A DNA stretch of 63,875 nt, filler included, from Conidiobolus incongruus B7586 (GCA_000697335.1; 6 parts of 6 records of this genome joined end to end with filler, not necessarily neighbours in it), one strand, 5' to 3'. Positions 38,960 through 52,277 are shown, counted from the first letter of the whole stretch. Notes: generated by a model from the letters alone, not told the origin. Numbers and translations: made by a program.

Positions 38960-39900
38960 CTTAAACTAAACAAGGATTATCTAAAGTCTTTTATATTGGT
39001 TTTAATATAATCTTATCATATACCATCTAATATTATTAAAAATTTACAAATAGCATTAAGTAATGATGCATTATTTAATTAAACAATTTTTCACTAAATA
39101 AATAAATTTAATATTAAATGAGAAACTATCTAAAAGAAGTCAAAATTTAGCAAACTAATTTCAAATATTAATTTTTCATGTAATAATAGAGGGAAAAAAT
39201 ATATAGAAATTTACTTTTTTATATAAGATAAAGAATCATTCAAGTATATTAAAATTAGTTATACAAGTATTTTTTTAAATACTTCAAAATATATACTAAA
39301 AGTAAATAATAAATATATAAAATAGGAATCTAAAATTTCAATAAAAGCTTAAAAAAATGACATTAGTTTTTCTTAACAAAAATTTATTAGGGTTTAGCTA
39401 GAAATTAAAGCAATTACATCAAAATAATATAATTAATGATACTTAAATCCATTAGTATAATCTTTTACTAAAACATTAAACAATATATTAGATTAAGTTC
39501 AATCAAACCTTTCAATAAATTCCTTCAATCAAAACTATATTGAATAAAGTACTGTATTTGTTATAATAGATTATATTGGTTTTTGCTATTCTTATTTAGT
39601 TAAACAAAAATCAATCAAAAGTAAACCATTAAAATATTTTTACAAAAACAATTATTAATTGGAAATTTTAATGTATTTTGATAAGACATATCATTTACTA
39701 TAACTATTAAAATATATAAAAAGATAAATTTATAAAAAACCTTCTATCATAAATATTTGTAAGGTATTACAGATCTAGTATTTTTCATAGATTATCATAT
39801 ATGTAATTAAAATAGTTTTAGGAAATTAAAATACCAGCTTCTAATAATGCAAATTCTTGGAGAAAAATTATTTGATATGTGAAATTTCAGATTTTAGATT
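38960..39900 (+). mobile_element. Possible highly degraded Mutator-like or other transposase relic
   Basis: CpG-free, codon-like stretch with FSCNNRGKKY and LMYFDKTYHL in one frame. The family assignment is weak. Confidence 0.25.
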
Positions 39901-42529
39901 TTAATAAAAACTAATATATATGTGTTAAACTTTGCTATAAGTATAATAAATAGTTATTTGAAATTTAAGGATATAATTAATTTTTTTTATAAAAATTAAT
40001 TTATTGTAAATAATATTAAAAATTTAATGGTTTATCAATCAAAAATATTCTAATTATTTTAATTGGCAAATAATTTAATAACTAAAAATATCAAATGAAA
40101 TTAATTATATTTATTGAATAAAATAACATTAGATTAAAATACATGATCAAATTATTAATTTTATATTTTAAATCCAAAAAATATATCATTTTGTTTATAC
40201 ATCATTTAAAATAGTTTTGGTTATTATTTCCGAATAAATTCATAATCTAAATAAATTTATTTGTTAATATTTAAAATATTATTTATTTTGATATTATATC
40301 AAAAATATAATTCAAAATATATCAATTATGTGAATTTCATTTATTGTTAATTCTGTGTTTCTTTAAAATGCAAAAATTTTTCACAGAATAATAATATATA
40401 ATAAAAATTTTTTAAATTCAATATTAGATAATGTAATGAATATTGTATTATAATCAATAAATTGAAATTAGTATTATTAATACCTAATTATAAATGCTAT
40501 TGAAATACAAAAAATTAGTTAGTATTTATTGCTCTAATATAGTCTTAATTTTATATAAAATAATTAAAAATATGGTAATATAAATTGGCATTTTATATTA
40601 TTAAAATGGATATCTAATTTTTGTAATATTATTTAATGTCCAAATTTATAATATATATACTAAAAATAAAGATGAATATAATGTCGTTTTAAAAACAAAT
40701 ATAATGTTTATTGACACAATATTTTATATACTAATATATCAAAAAATCTATATTTTCTATAATATTTAATATATTTAAGTTTGTATAATAATATAAAAAA
40801 TAATAATATCAGTATTTTAACAAATAATTTCATTTTTTGTTTAGTTAAATTATATTTCATTGCAAAATATATATTTTCAATATTATTTAAACTTATTTAT
40901 TAGTATTTTAAAAAATTTAATCAAAATATAAAAATAGATTATATAAAGTTAACAAGAGAATTTATTTTTTATGTTTTATAAATTATAAAATTAGCAAATA
41001 TTTTTTTTAGTTAATTAATTATTTATTCATTATTATTCAAAATGATTTCAAAAAATTAAAATACAAATTATCTTTCTATTATTAACAACATAAAGATCAA
41101 TAATATATCAAAAGCAGTAAATTAATTATATAATATAATATGAATTAGTATTTATAACTATATACTACTAATTTATATAAATAAAATTAAATATAAATTT
41201 TTTGATATAATTTTAAATTGTTATTTAATANNNNNNNNNNNNNNNNNNNNNNNNNNNNNNNNNNNNNNNNNNNNTTAATTAATTAANNNNNNNNNNNNNN
41301 NNNNNNNNNNNNNNNNNNNNNNNNNNNNNNCATATTTATTATTAAAGATTAAATGTATTAGAACTTTATTTTAAATATATTTTAATAATTAATTTATATT
41401 GAAAAAATTTAATTAAATTTTATTTATAAATATTTATAAAAAAATTATAATTGAATATCGATTAAATTATTAGTCCCTATCTTTTTGATATAATTATTAT
41501 AATATAAAAAAAATATTTTATTATGAAATTTAATTTATATCTTAATATATAATATATTATAAATGGAATTTGAAATAATAAGCAATTATTCCTAAGAAAC
41601 AATATTTTTTTAAATTTTAATAAGTTTTATAATATAAAAATTAGAATATTTTATTCCATAAAATTATAAATTGCTAATATTAATATATTATTTTATTTTT
41701 TTTATTTTTCTAAAAAATATAATTTTTATTATCTTATTAGAATTAATATTAATATTTGAGATATTAAATAATTATATGATAAATATATTATAAATAAATA
41801 AACTAACAAATCTATGATAAAAATTGGATTTAATTATTTTAAATAATTTTCCAATTAGAAAAATAATTTAAAATCAATTAATTTAAAATATTATATTAAT
41901 TAATTTTAGGGCAATACTCAAGTTGAATTATTATATTATATTTGCTTCTAATGATGAGATTGACTAAGCAAATATTAACTCACTTTAGTATCATTATAAT
42001 TTATATGATTTATTTCAAATGATATTGACTAAAATCAATAATATTATTATATTCCTAATGTTTTAAAAAGTTAAAATTGGGTATAATTCAATTAAATAAT
42101 CAATATTCTAATTTAATCAAAAATTATTTATATATTATCAAATTATTATTGAAAGTTAATTTTACATACTTGCATATCTATAATTTGAATAATTCTCAAT
42201 ATATAGATGTTTTTAAAATTACAATATTGGATAACATAGGCTTGGAAAATAAAATAAGTACTATTCAAATTATCTAAACTATAATATATTTTTGTTTATA
42301 TTATTCCAAATTATCAATTTACAAACAAAAAATAAAATTATACACAGTATAAATAGATTATGTATATTTGGCATATTGGATGTAGCAAATATAACTTCGA
42401 TTTTAAATGATATACTAATCAATTACTAAATTTAATTATTTGAGTTTATTTAAAAGTATATAAGGTTTATGTGAGGAGAGTAAATATTATTTTAAAATTA
42501 ATATGAGTTAAAAACAATCAAATATTTAA

Positions 42530-43552
42530 CTAAACAGTTTCTAAAAACTCTTGATTTAAATTGACATTTCCACCTTTTTTGACATCCATTTGAATAGATT
42601 TGGCAGATTCCACATCATTTGAGCCGCAAAGAGTACTCTTTTGGTCTTTAGAGTCCCAAGTATGGCCAGATCCATCTTGAACCAATCTTAATTTCTTTTC
42701 GAGGGATTTTTCGGTCCAGTATTCCATCATCAAACTGATACATTTGGTGTGAACAGCCCATCGAATTTGGTAAAAGATTTCAGGATTCCAGGTACCGTAC
42801 CCGTTCCAAAGCAAAATTGTAAACATTGTTACAATTGTCAAATCTCCGACTAGAATAAAATATATGCCTACATCTAGTCCGATTTGATTAATAAACTTAG
42901 AAGGATTTGAAATCTTCAATTTGGCATCTGGATTCTGTCTTCTAAATTGGTGATAATGCAAATAGATTAACATGAAAGTAAAGGGAATGGAAGTAAAATG
43001 AGGTACTAAGTCAATAATTAAAATAGCCATAAACTCTGTTGGAAGAAAAGAAACAGCACAGAAGGTAGCCACATCAGTAAAAGATTTCAATAGGTAGATG
43101 TCGAAGAATGTGTTAAGAGCTTTGGAGATCAGCACACAGAAGCCGAAGTAAAATAAGTTAAACCACTTCAATATAAAAATGTTTGGATGATTAAGACCGC
43201 TTATGACCTTGTTGAATCGATAGCATTGTAGGAAATCCATTCCAAAAACACTTAAGAAATATGATACATGATTATAGTAACCCTTAAATGCACAGTTTGT
43301 CGCCCAGAAGTAGTCACTCATTCTGCACAAATGACAAGTAACAGGCCCAGTTGCTTGCAATAAGTGAACCTGATGGATCCAGGTCCTCGCTTTACGGTAG
43401 AACATTTTGACAGCATTAATGAAAGCGTTGGCATGGACGATAAAGGTAGCTGAATAAATAATCAAAGCCATGTTCAACATCATATACCATTCCTTCTCAA
43501 ACAACATAGGTACTTGGGCTTCAGGCCCATTACTGACTAACGATATGGTCAT
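42530..43552 (-). CDS. Seven-transmembrane, GPCR-like membrane protein (340 aa)
   Basis: First ATG at 43552; about seven hydrophobic segments, Cys at the top of TM3 and in ECL2, YR at the end of TM3, and a polar C-tail. A probable 5'UTR intron ends TTTACAG at ~43585. Confidence 0.7.
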   Translation of the reverse strand: MTISLVSNGPEAQVPMLFEKEWYMMLNMALIIYSATFIVHANAFINAVKMFYRKARTWIHQVHLLQATGPVTCHLCRMSDYFWATNCAFKGYYNHVSYFLSVFGMDFLQCYRFNKVISGLNHPNIFILKWFNLFYFGFCVLISKALNTFFDIYLLKSFTDVATFCAVSFLPTEFMAILIIDLVPHFTSIPFTFMLIYLHYHQFRRQNPDAKLKISNPSKFINQIGLDVGIYFILVGDLTIVTMFTILLWNGYGTWNPEIFYQIRWAVHTKCISLMMEYWTEKSLEKKLRLVQDGSGHTWDSKDQKSTLCGSNDVESAKSIQMDVKKGGNVNLNQEFLETV

Positions 43553-45969
43553 TAAGTAGTAACTCAAGATAAATCGAAAAAAATCTGTAAAATAAGGATT
43601 TGATAAGTGATAAACATAGCTTTAAATACTCTTAAAAATTTGAACTTAATTACCTAACTAATTCAAATATAGATCAAAAAGTTTCAAAACGAATTTTATA
43701 TTATTTTATTCAAAATTCTAATCCCCGTATAACTGATCGATTTTATAGGCTTAAATTTTGAAATTTGCCAATCAACCAAATATCTCCTTATTTGACCAAC
43801 CCTGAATTTGATATTAATATCTGAGTTAGAATTCTCATTTGTATAAAATACTTAAATTAGTGAGGTTTAAACAAAAAGGGGAGCTAATATTATATTCAAT
43901 AATCAACTATTGACTAAATAGGACTAAATGAACATGGTTAGAATACTCGCAACAATAATACTGATTAAACTATTTTACACTTTTCAAGACATATTTTTAA
44001 TATAACAAAATTGGATAATCGGAAATTATTGATAATTTAAAAGATTTTCAAAAACTAAAAAACAATTAAAATTCCTTTATTTATCTATATAGATCAATCA
44101 AACTTTGATTAGGAAGATGACTTGATTTAGTTAGAATAGATTATACAATTTTATTTAATGGTTCCTTTAAGTAATATTTTGATGATTATTTGTTCATTCG
44201 TATTGGTTAATGTTTATTTATTTTGATATTTTTCATACTATTAAATCTTGGTCATTATATATAAAATAATATTTCATAATATCATATTTGTTATAGTAAA
44301 GAAAATGATAATATTAAAATGAGTCAATTACAACAAACGTATTTTAATCTAATTACTTAATTCAGTTACTTTACATTTTTATTCAATTTAAAGTTACAAA
44401 AAAATTTATTCTTATGATTTTCTTAATCCTTAATCCTACAGATTTAGGGTTACTTTAATTTCAAATAAATTTACTATTCAATTTATCCCTTAGAAGATCA
44501 TCCTATTTTTACATTAAATTTATCTCTGATTAATTTTAATACTGAAAAGTAAAATATTAGCCAATGTAATATTTATATTTGGATAATTAGGCAGAATAAT
44601 CTAAATACAATACTTAGAAATGATCTAATAAGATTGTTTATGGTACTGAGTCCGTTTAATGGTTCGAAATTGAAAAAAAACGATGTAAATTTGAGTTTTC
44701 GAATAAGATTCAATGTACTATTAAATTTACTTCTTTTTTCAATATAGTATTATAACTGTATAATTTAAAGAAATACATAATATAATAATATAACAATATT
44801 TTAATATCTCTCACAAAATATTAATAATATTAATATTTTGACTAATTATTTTGAAAAATGTAAAACATTTTATATTTCATCAATCTCACATAAGAAAAAC
44901 AATAAACATTTAATTACTTTACTTGGCATATATAATTGATAAGTATATTGATGTAGTATAGCTGTATAACTTGATTTACATCATTGTCATTTTTAATCAT
45001 AATACCTTTAATTATACGATATTATATATACATTCAAATTAATAGTGTATATATAGAATGTTTTTCAATTAACTTATACTCATCCAAATATGTCAAAAAA
45101 ATTTCAAGTATACAATTGTGAATATCTTTAAAATTTACTATTAGGTATATTTTTAATAATCTAAATATGGATTATCATGGAAAATATTATCATAATAATC
45201 TATAAATAATATGTCATTTTAGAATTAGGCATATTATAAAACAATATATTTATTATGATAATAATACAATTATATAATATTCTATATTGTTAAATTTTTA
45301 ATTATATATAATTAAAACAAATATTTATAATTATTATATTATTATATTATGATCCAAAAATATTACAAATTATAATATATTAGAGTAAGAATAATAAATA
45401 AAATTTCAATTAATTTGAATATTACATTAATTATCAATCTTGAAATTTGAGTTAATTTATCAGAATATAACTGGTATCCAGGAATTATAATGAATATATT
45501 AAATTTAATATTTATATTATTCTAAATTCAATAATATTTATATATTTAAAAAATTTGAATTAAATCACATGATATATTTGTTAATATTTTTGAAAGTATT
45601 AATGATATATTGTATTCAAAATAAAGATAATTATTTAATAATGGTTAGTTGATATCTTTTGAGTAATAAATATTAGAATATGATTTTGCTTTAAAATGTT
45701 ATAAATGTTAATAATAAATTATATATATATATATTATTAAAATCAAAATTATATTTTATTAAAAAAAAGCATTATAATTTAATTATCAAATATTCAATTA
45801 ATTTATTATAAAATTTTGATAATTATCTAATTAAATTTTAAATTATAATAATAATAATAATAATAATTAATACTGTTATAAGATTAAGAGTATTGTAATC
45901 TTCATAAAAATAATTTATTAAACTAATAAAAAAGTAATTTAAGCTTGAATATTTAAATTTAAATTAAAA

Positions 45970-48627
45970 TTAAAATTTGTAATATTTCTTATAATTCTTT
46001 TTGAAAAAGTCCAAGAATTCTTTCCAGAATGAGAATTTGTCTGATGGTGGAGGTTTGGTTCCAGATGATGAAGGAGAAGGTAAAGATGACGTGGTTGGGC
46101 TAGGAGTGATGGTTGTGTATTGAGGATATTTAATGGTAGTTGGACGAACTGGATATCCTCGAGTGGTAGTAGTCGTCTTTACCGGATAACGATTAATTGT
46201 GGTAGTAGTGGTCTTTACAGGATAAGGTCTGCGGGTAGTGGTAGTAGTCGTAGTTTTCACGGGATAAGGCTCAGTGGTTGTTGTGGTAGTGGTAGTGATA
46301 GTTGTAGTTGTAGTAGTTTTGACAGGGTAAAGTTCAGTGGTGGTAGTGGTGGTAGTTGTAGTGGTGGTCTTCACAGGATAAGGCTTTCTAGTAGTAGTTG
46401 TGGTAGTGGTAGACTTGATTGGATAAGGATCGGTGGTTGTTGTGGTAGTGGTAGTGATAGTTGTAGTTGTAGTAGTTTTGACAGGGTAAAGTTCAGTGGT
46501 GGTAGTGGTGGTAGTTGTAGTGGTGGTCTTCACAGGATAAGGCTTTCTAGTAGTAGTTGTGGTAGTGGTAGACTTGATTGGATAAGGATCGGTGGTTGTT
46601 GTGGTAGTGGTAGTGATAGTTGTAGTTGTAGTAGTTTTGACAGGGTAAAGTTCAGTGGTGGTAGTGGTGGTAGTTGTAGTGGTGGTCTTCACAGGATAAG
46701 GCTTTCTAGTAGTAGTTGTGGTAGTGGTAGACTTGATTGGATAAGGATCGGTGGTTGTTGTGGTAGTGGTAGTGATAGTTGTAGTTGTAGTAGTTTTGAC
46801 AGGGTAAAGTTCAGTGGTGGTAGTGGTGGTAGTTGTAGTGGTGGTCTTTACAGGATAAGGCTCGATTGTAGTAGTTGTGGTAGTGGTAGACTTGACTGGA
46901 TAAGGATCGGTGGTTGTTGTAGTAGTTGTGGTAGTATTAACTGGATAAGGATCGGTGGTTGTTGTGGTAGTTGTAGTGGTGGTCTTTACAGGATAAGGCT
47001 TGGTTGTAGTAGTCGTGGTAGTTTTGACAGGATATCCATCCGAGGAAGAAGATTCTGAAGATGGTCCAGGAGAAGATGAGCTAGTTGAGGAGCTAGATTC
47101 TGATGATGATCCAGAGCTAGTACTACTAGATTGTGATGATGTACTGGATGAACTAGATTCTGATGATGGGCCTGGTGAAGATGAGCTAGTTGAGGAGCTA
47201 GATTCCGAAGATGATCCAGAGCTAGTGCTACTAGATTGTGATGATGTAGATGAAGATAACCCAGATGTAGAGCTGCTGGACAATGACGATGTACTAGATG
47301 AACTAGATTCTGAGGATGGTCCAGGAGAGGATGAACTAGTTGAGGAGCTAGATGAAGATGATCCAGAGCTAGTACTACTAGATTGCGATGATGTGCTAGA
47401 TGAACTAGTTGAGGAGGTAGATTCCGAAGATGATCCAGAGCTAGTACTGCTAGATTGTGATGATGTAGATGAAGATGATCCAGATGTAGAACTGCTGGAC
47501 AATGACGATGTACTAGATGAACTAGATTCTGATGATGGACCTGGTGAAGATGAGCTAATTGAGGAGCTAGATGAAGATGATGATCCAGAGTTAGTACTAC
47601 TAGATTGTGATGATGTACTGGATGAACTAGATTCTGAGGATGGTCCAGGAGAGGATGAGCTAGTTGAGGAGCTAGATGAAGATGATCCAGAGCTAGTGCT
47701 ACTAGATTGTGATGATGTACTGGATGAACTAGATTCTGATGATGGGCCTGGTGAAGATGAGCTAGTTGAGGAGCTAGATTCTGATGATGATCCAGAGCTA
47801 GTGCTACTAGATTGTGATGATGTACTAGATGAGCTAGATTCCGAAGATGACCCAGATGTAGAGCTGCTGGACGATGATGAAGTACTAGATGAACTAGATT
47901 CTGAAGATGGTCCAGGAGAGGATGAACTAGTTGAGGAGCTAGATTCCGAAGATGATCCAGAGCTAGTGCTACTAGATTGTGATGATGTAGATGAAGATGA
48001 CCCAGATGTAGAGCTGCTGGACAATGACGATGTACTAGATGAACTAGATTCTGATGATGGTCCAGGAGAGGATGAACTAGTTGAGGAGCTAGATGAAGAT
48101 GATCCAGAGCTAGTACTACTAGATTGCGATGATGTACTAGATGAGCTAGATTCCGAAGATGACCCAGATGTAGAGCTGCTGGACGATGACAATGTACTGG
48201 ATGAACTAGATTCTGAAGATGGACCTGGTGAAGATGAGCTAGTTGAGGAGCTAGATCCTGATGATGTAGATGAAGTGCTTGATTTTACTTCATATCCATC
48301 ACTTGATGTTGTGGTTGTTGTAGTTTTTACATAATATCCAGATGTAGTAGTGGTTGTAGTTTTAACTGGATATCTATCTGAAGTGGTGGTTGTGGTTGTA
48401 GCTTTAACGGGGTAACGATTTTGAGTTGTGGTTGTAGTTTTTATTGGAAAAATGGAAGTTGGTCGTACTGGATAGTAGCCATATTGATGGTATTTTTCAG
48501 ATAACCAGTTTAAAAACTTATGCTCTTTATGCTGATCCAGTTCTTCATTTGGTTCTGCACCAATATCAAATTGGGCATGATGGCCAATTAATAATACACT
48601 AAATAAAGATAAATTTTTCAGATTCAT
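45970..48627 (-). CDS. Secreted Ser/Thr-rich mucin/adhesin-like repeat protein (885 aa)
   Basis: Signal peptide MNLKNLSLFSVLLIGHHA, a ~400 aa poly-Ser repeat core, and YPVK-(T)n repeats; TATA-like element ~80 nt upstream. Confidence 0.88.
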   Translation of the reverse strand: MNLKNLSLFSVLLIGHHAQFDIGAEPNEELDQHKEHKFLNWLSEKYHQYGYYPVRPTSIFPIKTTTTTQNRYPVKATTTTTTSDRYPVKTTTTTTSGYYVKTTTTTTSSDGYEVKSSTSSTSSGSSSSTSSSSPGPSSESSSSSTLSSSSSSTSGSSSESSSSSTSSQSSSTSSGSSSSSSSTSSSSPGPSSESSSSSTSSLSSSSTSGSSSSTSSQSSSTSSGSSSESSSSTSSSSPGPSSESSSSSTSSSSSSSTSGSSSESSSSSTSSQSSSTSSGSSSESSSSTSSSSPGPSSESSSSSTSSQSSSTSSGSSSSSSSTSSSSPGPSSESSSSSTSSQSSSTNSGSSSSSSSSISSSSPGPSSESSSSSTSSLSSSSTSGSSSSTSSQSSSTSSGSSSESTSSTSSSSTSSQSSSTSSGSSSSSSSTSSSSPGPSSESSSSSTSSLSSSSTSGLSSSTSSQSSSTSSGSSSESSSSTSSSSPGPSSESSSSSTSSQSSSTSSGSSSESSSSTSSSSPGPSSESSSSDGYPVKTTTTTTTKPYPVKTTTTTTTTTTDPYPVNTTTTTTTTTDPYPVKSTTTTTTTIEPYPVKTTTTTTTTTTTELYPVKTTTTTTITTTTTTTTDPYPIKSTTTTTTTRKPYPVKTTTTTTTTTTTELYPVKTTTTTTITTTTTTTTDPYPIKSTTTTTTTRKPYPVKTTTTTTTTTTTELYPVKTTTTTTITTTTTTTTDPYPIKSTTTTTTTRKPYPVKTTTTTTTTTTTELYPVKTTTTTTITTTTTTTTEPYPVKTTTTTTTRRPYPVKTTTTTINRYPVKTTTTTRGYPVRPTTIKYPQYTTITPSPTTSSLPSPSSSGTKPPPSDKFSFWKEFLDFFKKNYKKYYKF
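46262..46861. repeat. 159-bp (53-codon) tandem repeat inside the mucin-like gene
   Basis: Near-identical units start at 46373, 46532 and 46691, with a partial unit before them. Confidence 0.9.
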
Positions 48628-49824
48628 AACAGCTGCTTATCTCAATAATATAATTTATTGTACCCAATAAATATTGAAATATATACTTTGCTGTAATCAG
48701 CTATTTATATATACATTTGTTAATTAAACTAAATATGCAAATATTTTTTTATTTTATGATTGACAAAATGATTCAAACTCATTATAGCAAAATATCCATT
48801 TTAATCTTATATTTTGTTTATCTACTTCTGCCATCTTATCAATAACTATAGCATTGGTTTTAAAGATTTTCTCTAAGGCATATAATAATCAATCCAATGA
48901 CTATCAATAGAATTTAGCTTGACCAATATTATTTATTCTAGATCATATCTGAAATTTTGATTTAATTGATATCAACTATTTAAATGATTCATATTATTTT
49001 TGAATGCTAATATACCTTATAAATTTTATATAATAAGGTACATTCTAATTACACTAATTAATATATATTCATACACAATCAAGAATTATATCAATATTTA
49101 ATTTGTTTTGAAGTTCTAATGATGTGGCGATTCAGAACATTTAGGCATTCAGCAATCAATATTAAAATTTAGATAAACCAGAGTAATGAAACGGGATTTG
49201 TATTTGTGTAAATTCAATTAAAAATTATTAAAGTGCATGAATTATTATGAAGATATTGGTCCTTATTTTTTAAGTTTTGAAAATCTTTTAGTCATTTTAG
49301 TTACTAATAAAGATATATAATTTCAACATTTATGCATAAGTTTAATCTTAGAACTCATATTTTTAAATGTAATATAAATAGATCTATATCTCATATCTAA
49401 TCGCATCTTTGCAAATTCAGAATACTGAATTTTGGCCATAAGTGAGAATTAGTTCTAAAAATATAGAATATACCAACTATGCCAAAATCCAATTCGTTTT
49501 ATGCGAATCATCACAATGCATATATTTATAAAATATTTCAAAAGCAGAGGTGATAAACTCTGATGTTTATTAGCATTGATATTAAATGCTAATCAAAAAT
49601 TTCAAAGACCACAATATATTTAGTGATATTGATTATACAACTGATTTTTCAAAATTATTTTTATATAATATATACCTCTATATACCAGTCAATATATTAG
49701 CAATTCACAATTTAAATTACTTTGTTTTATTGTTATACCGAATATTAGTTGATAAAATAAGGCTAAATAAAACTTAACTGAAAATCACAACATTTCAAAT
49801 ATGAAGAATTTTTATTTATATTTG

Positions 49825-49825
<1 letters not shown>

Positions 49826-49863
<38 letters not shown>

Positions 49864-49885
49864 TATTATTATTATTATTATTATT
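49826..49885. repeat. (ATT)n microsatellite
   Basis: About 20 units with one interruption. Confidence 0.95.
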
Positions 49886-52203
49886 TAGAAACTCAAAATT
49901 ATATCTTGATAAGCTATACTGTTTAAAGCACAAATTTAAATAAATTAATTTGAATAGATATCTACTGATGATTAAGCCAATGTTTCCTATTAAATGTATA
50001 AATGTCATTATATCTTTAAGTAATGATCATTATTCTTAAGAATGAGTCTATAAATAACTTATATTTTAATCTAATATAGTTGATTATTAATAACCTTTCC
50101 GATATAATTAATAAATGTTTTATAATATTACTATTTTAGTAATACAGATTTAAATAACTATTTTTAAAATTTTACAACTAGGAATATTTTCTTATTTGAT
50201 GTGTAATTTCTTCTGATAACAATCATTTTGATTATTTTTAATATTAAGTTATGAATTGTATTGATTGCATTTGAATACCGGAGTTATTGGAACCTAATTA
50301 AATAACTACACACTGGAATAACATAATAATTATCAGGTCTCTTGCAAATATTATAATATGTTTTTTAAATAGAACATCTTCAATTAAATTAGGTGGTATG
50401 AATATCATTTGATTTTAATTTAGTGTTATGAATTTATAGCAGAACATTTGTAATGTGATACTATATCAAAGTTGAATTATTCTCAATAGATTCCAAAAAT
50501 ATATATTGAAATAATGCTCAATATTTTCTTAGCGTCAACATTTGAATCATCACTATCGTTTTACTGAAACTATAGGAAATGCTACCTTACTAGATTTATA
50601 AGTATAAATAAATTTATAACACTATATACAACACTTTTGTCATTAATTCTACAAAAGATTTGCTCAAGTTATTTTCGAAAATTAACATGCTTTTGAAATT
50701 AAATTTTTTTGAAATCATTCAATGCTGATGCATTATTAATTAAATCAATCTAATACATTCAAAATTAATTGAAGATCTCGACTCAGCACTGATATATTTA
50801 TATTAAATTCTCATTCTTTTATCATTGTAATCTTAGATTATGAATTCTCATCTCCTAATAGTTAACCAAAAAATTAAATAATAATGTATTAACGATTAAA
50901 GGTAAGAAAACACAGGAATCAATATCTCTAATAATTACAACGGAATTATAGTTGATCACCTATATTGAAGTCTCATCTTAATGAAACTCTTTAAACCAAA
51001 AAATAATTTTCAAATTTAATTTATAATCTTTAACAATTCTATAAATAACCTGAATTTTAAACAATGCAATCTAAACTATTTTCAAATGTTAATTATTTTG
51101 AACACTGGTTAATTTTAATATTTTTGGATTGAGCATAATTTGATTTGGTGTCTATTAAAATTGCGTGGATAACTATCATTCTGTCTGATTAAACATTTTT
51201 TTGATGGAAATTTGATATCAATAATAATATTACCTCTTAGAAAGTTTGACCAAGTTAATAAATATGTATAACTCTGGCACTATTCAATCATTTTTACTTC
51301 AATTAATGATAATTAGCAAAATAAAAACCCAGTTTCTATTTCTTTCTAGTATTCCCATTAAGTAAAAATATATTGACAATTCAGATATTTGAATCAGATT
51401 CAGAATGTAAAAAATTAATTTTTAAATGGTTTATTAATATTATATATTAAATTTTCTCGAATCAGTATTAATTTGAATTACTAAGGATGCATTGGAAAAT
51501 AATGTCACTCATATTAATAATTGAAGATAATCAAAAACTACAATCAATATTTAATGACTCATATAAATAAATAATATATATCAATTGTTAATTTTAAACT
51601 TATATAACTATTTTAAAATATAATATATTTTATTATTAAAAATTATAACTGATGAGAAACATTATATGATGTTGAACCCAATTAATCCAAAATTCTATTA
51701 TTTATCTTTCTGAAATGTATTTGTTTAATTAAAATGGAGGCATCGTATAATGATTCTATTAAAAAATAATATTGAAAAATATGAAGAGGAATACAAATAC
51801 CATTTCAAATTTTTTAAAAGTAAAATATCAACCTGGAAATATAGACAAAAAATTAGATTCAACTTTTAAAGTTGATTATGATTTAATCATGATAATTTTT
51901 TAATATATAATACATTTTCATAGTAACAAATTTATCATTACATATTTATTTTTCAAATTTTTGAATTTATTAGAATTATATTGAATTCAATTGAGAAAAT
52001 TAATATTAAAGAAATTTTAAATGTTGTGATGGCGACTTAAAATATTTAATTTAAATATATTAATAAAAATTGAAAAAAATTTTTTGATACAAAAAATAAA
52101 GTATGTAATGAAAATTATTTTGAAATATATTATTATAGAATGAATAAATATGAAAAAGATTAGGAAAAAATGGAAAAGATGAACAAAAAATAATGACAAA
52201 AAG

Positions 52204-52277
52204 TGCTCCCAACAGGGATCGAACCTGTGACCTTGGCGTTATTAGCACCACGCTCTAACCAACTGAGCTATGGGAGC
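52204..52277 (-). tRNA. tRNA-Ile (anticodon AAT), intronless
   Basis: GCTCCCATAGCTCAGTTGGTTAGAGCGTGGTGCT-AAT-AACGCCAAGGTCACAGGTTCGATCCCTGTTGGGAGCA forms a full cloverleaf, with a T-run terminator immediately 3'. Confidence 0.97.

Noticed and set aside
46120..47058. 312 aa Gly/Ser/Cys-rich ORF on the + strand
   Set aside because: It is the antisense shadow of the Thr repeats.
46262..48250. Repeat arrays as possible CRISPR
   Set aside because: They are in-frame coding tandem repeats without unique spacers, in a eukaryotic context.
47000..48334. 444 aa Asp/Glu-rich ORF on the + strand
   Set aside because: It is the antisense shadow of the poly-Ser repeats (TCA/TCT/TCC codons) and has a non-ATG start; the minus-strand gene has the signal peptide.
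50260..51330. Slightly GC-richer stretch, possible pseudogene
   Set aside because: I could not recover a consistent frame or family motif by eye.
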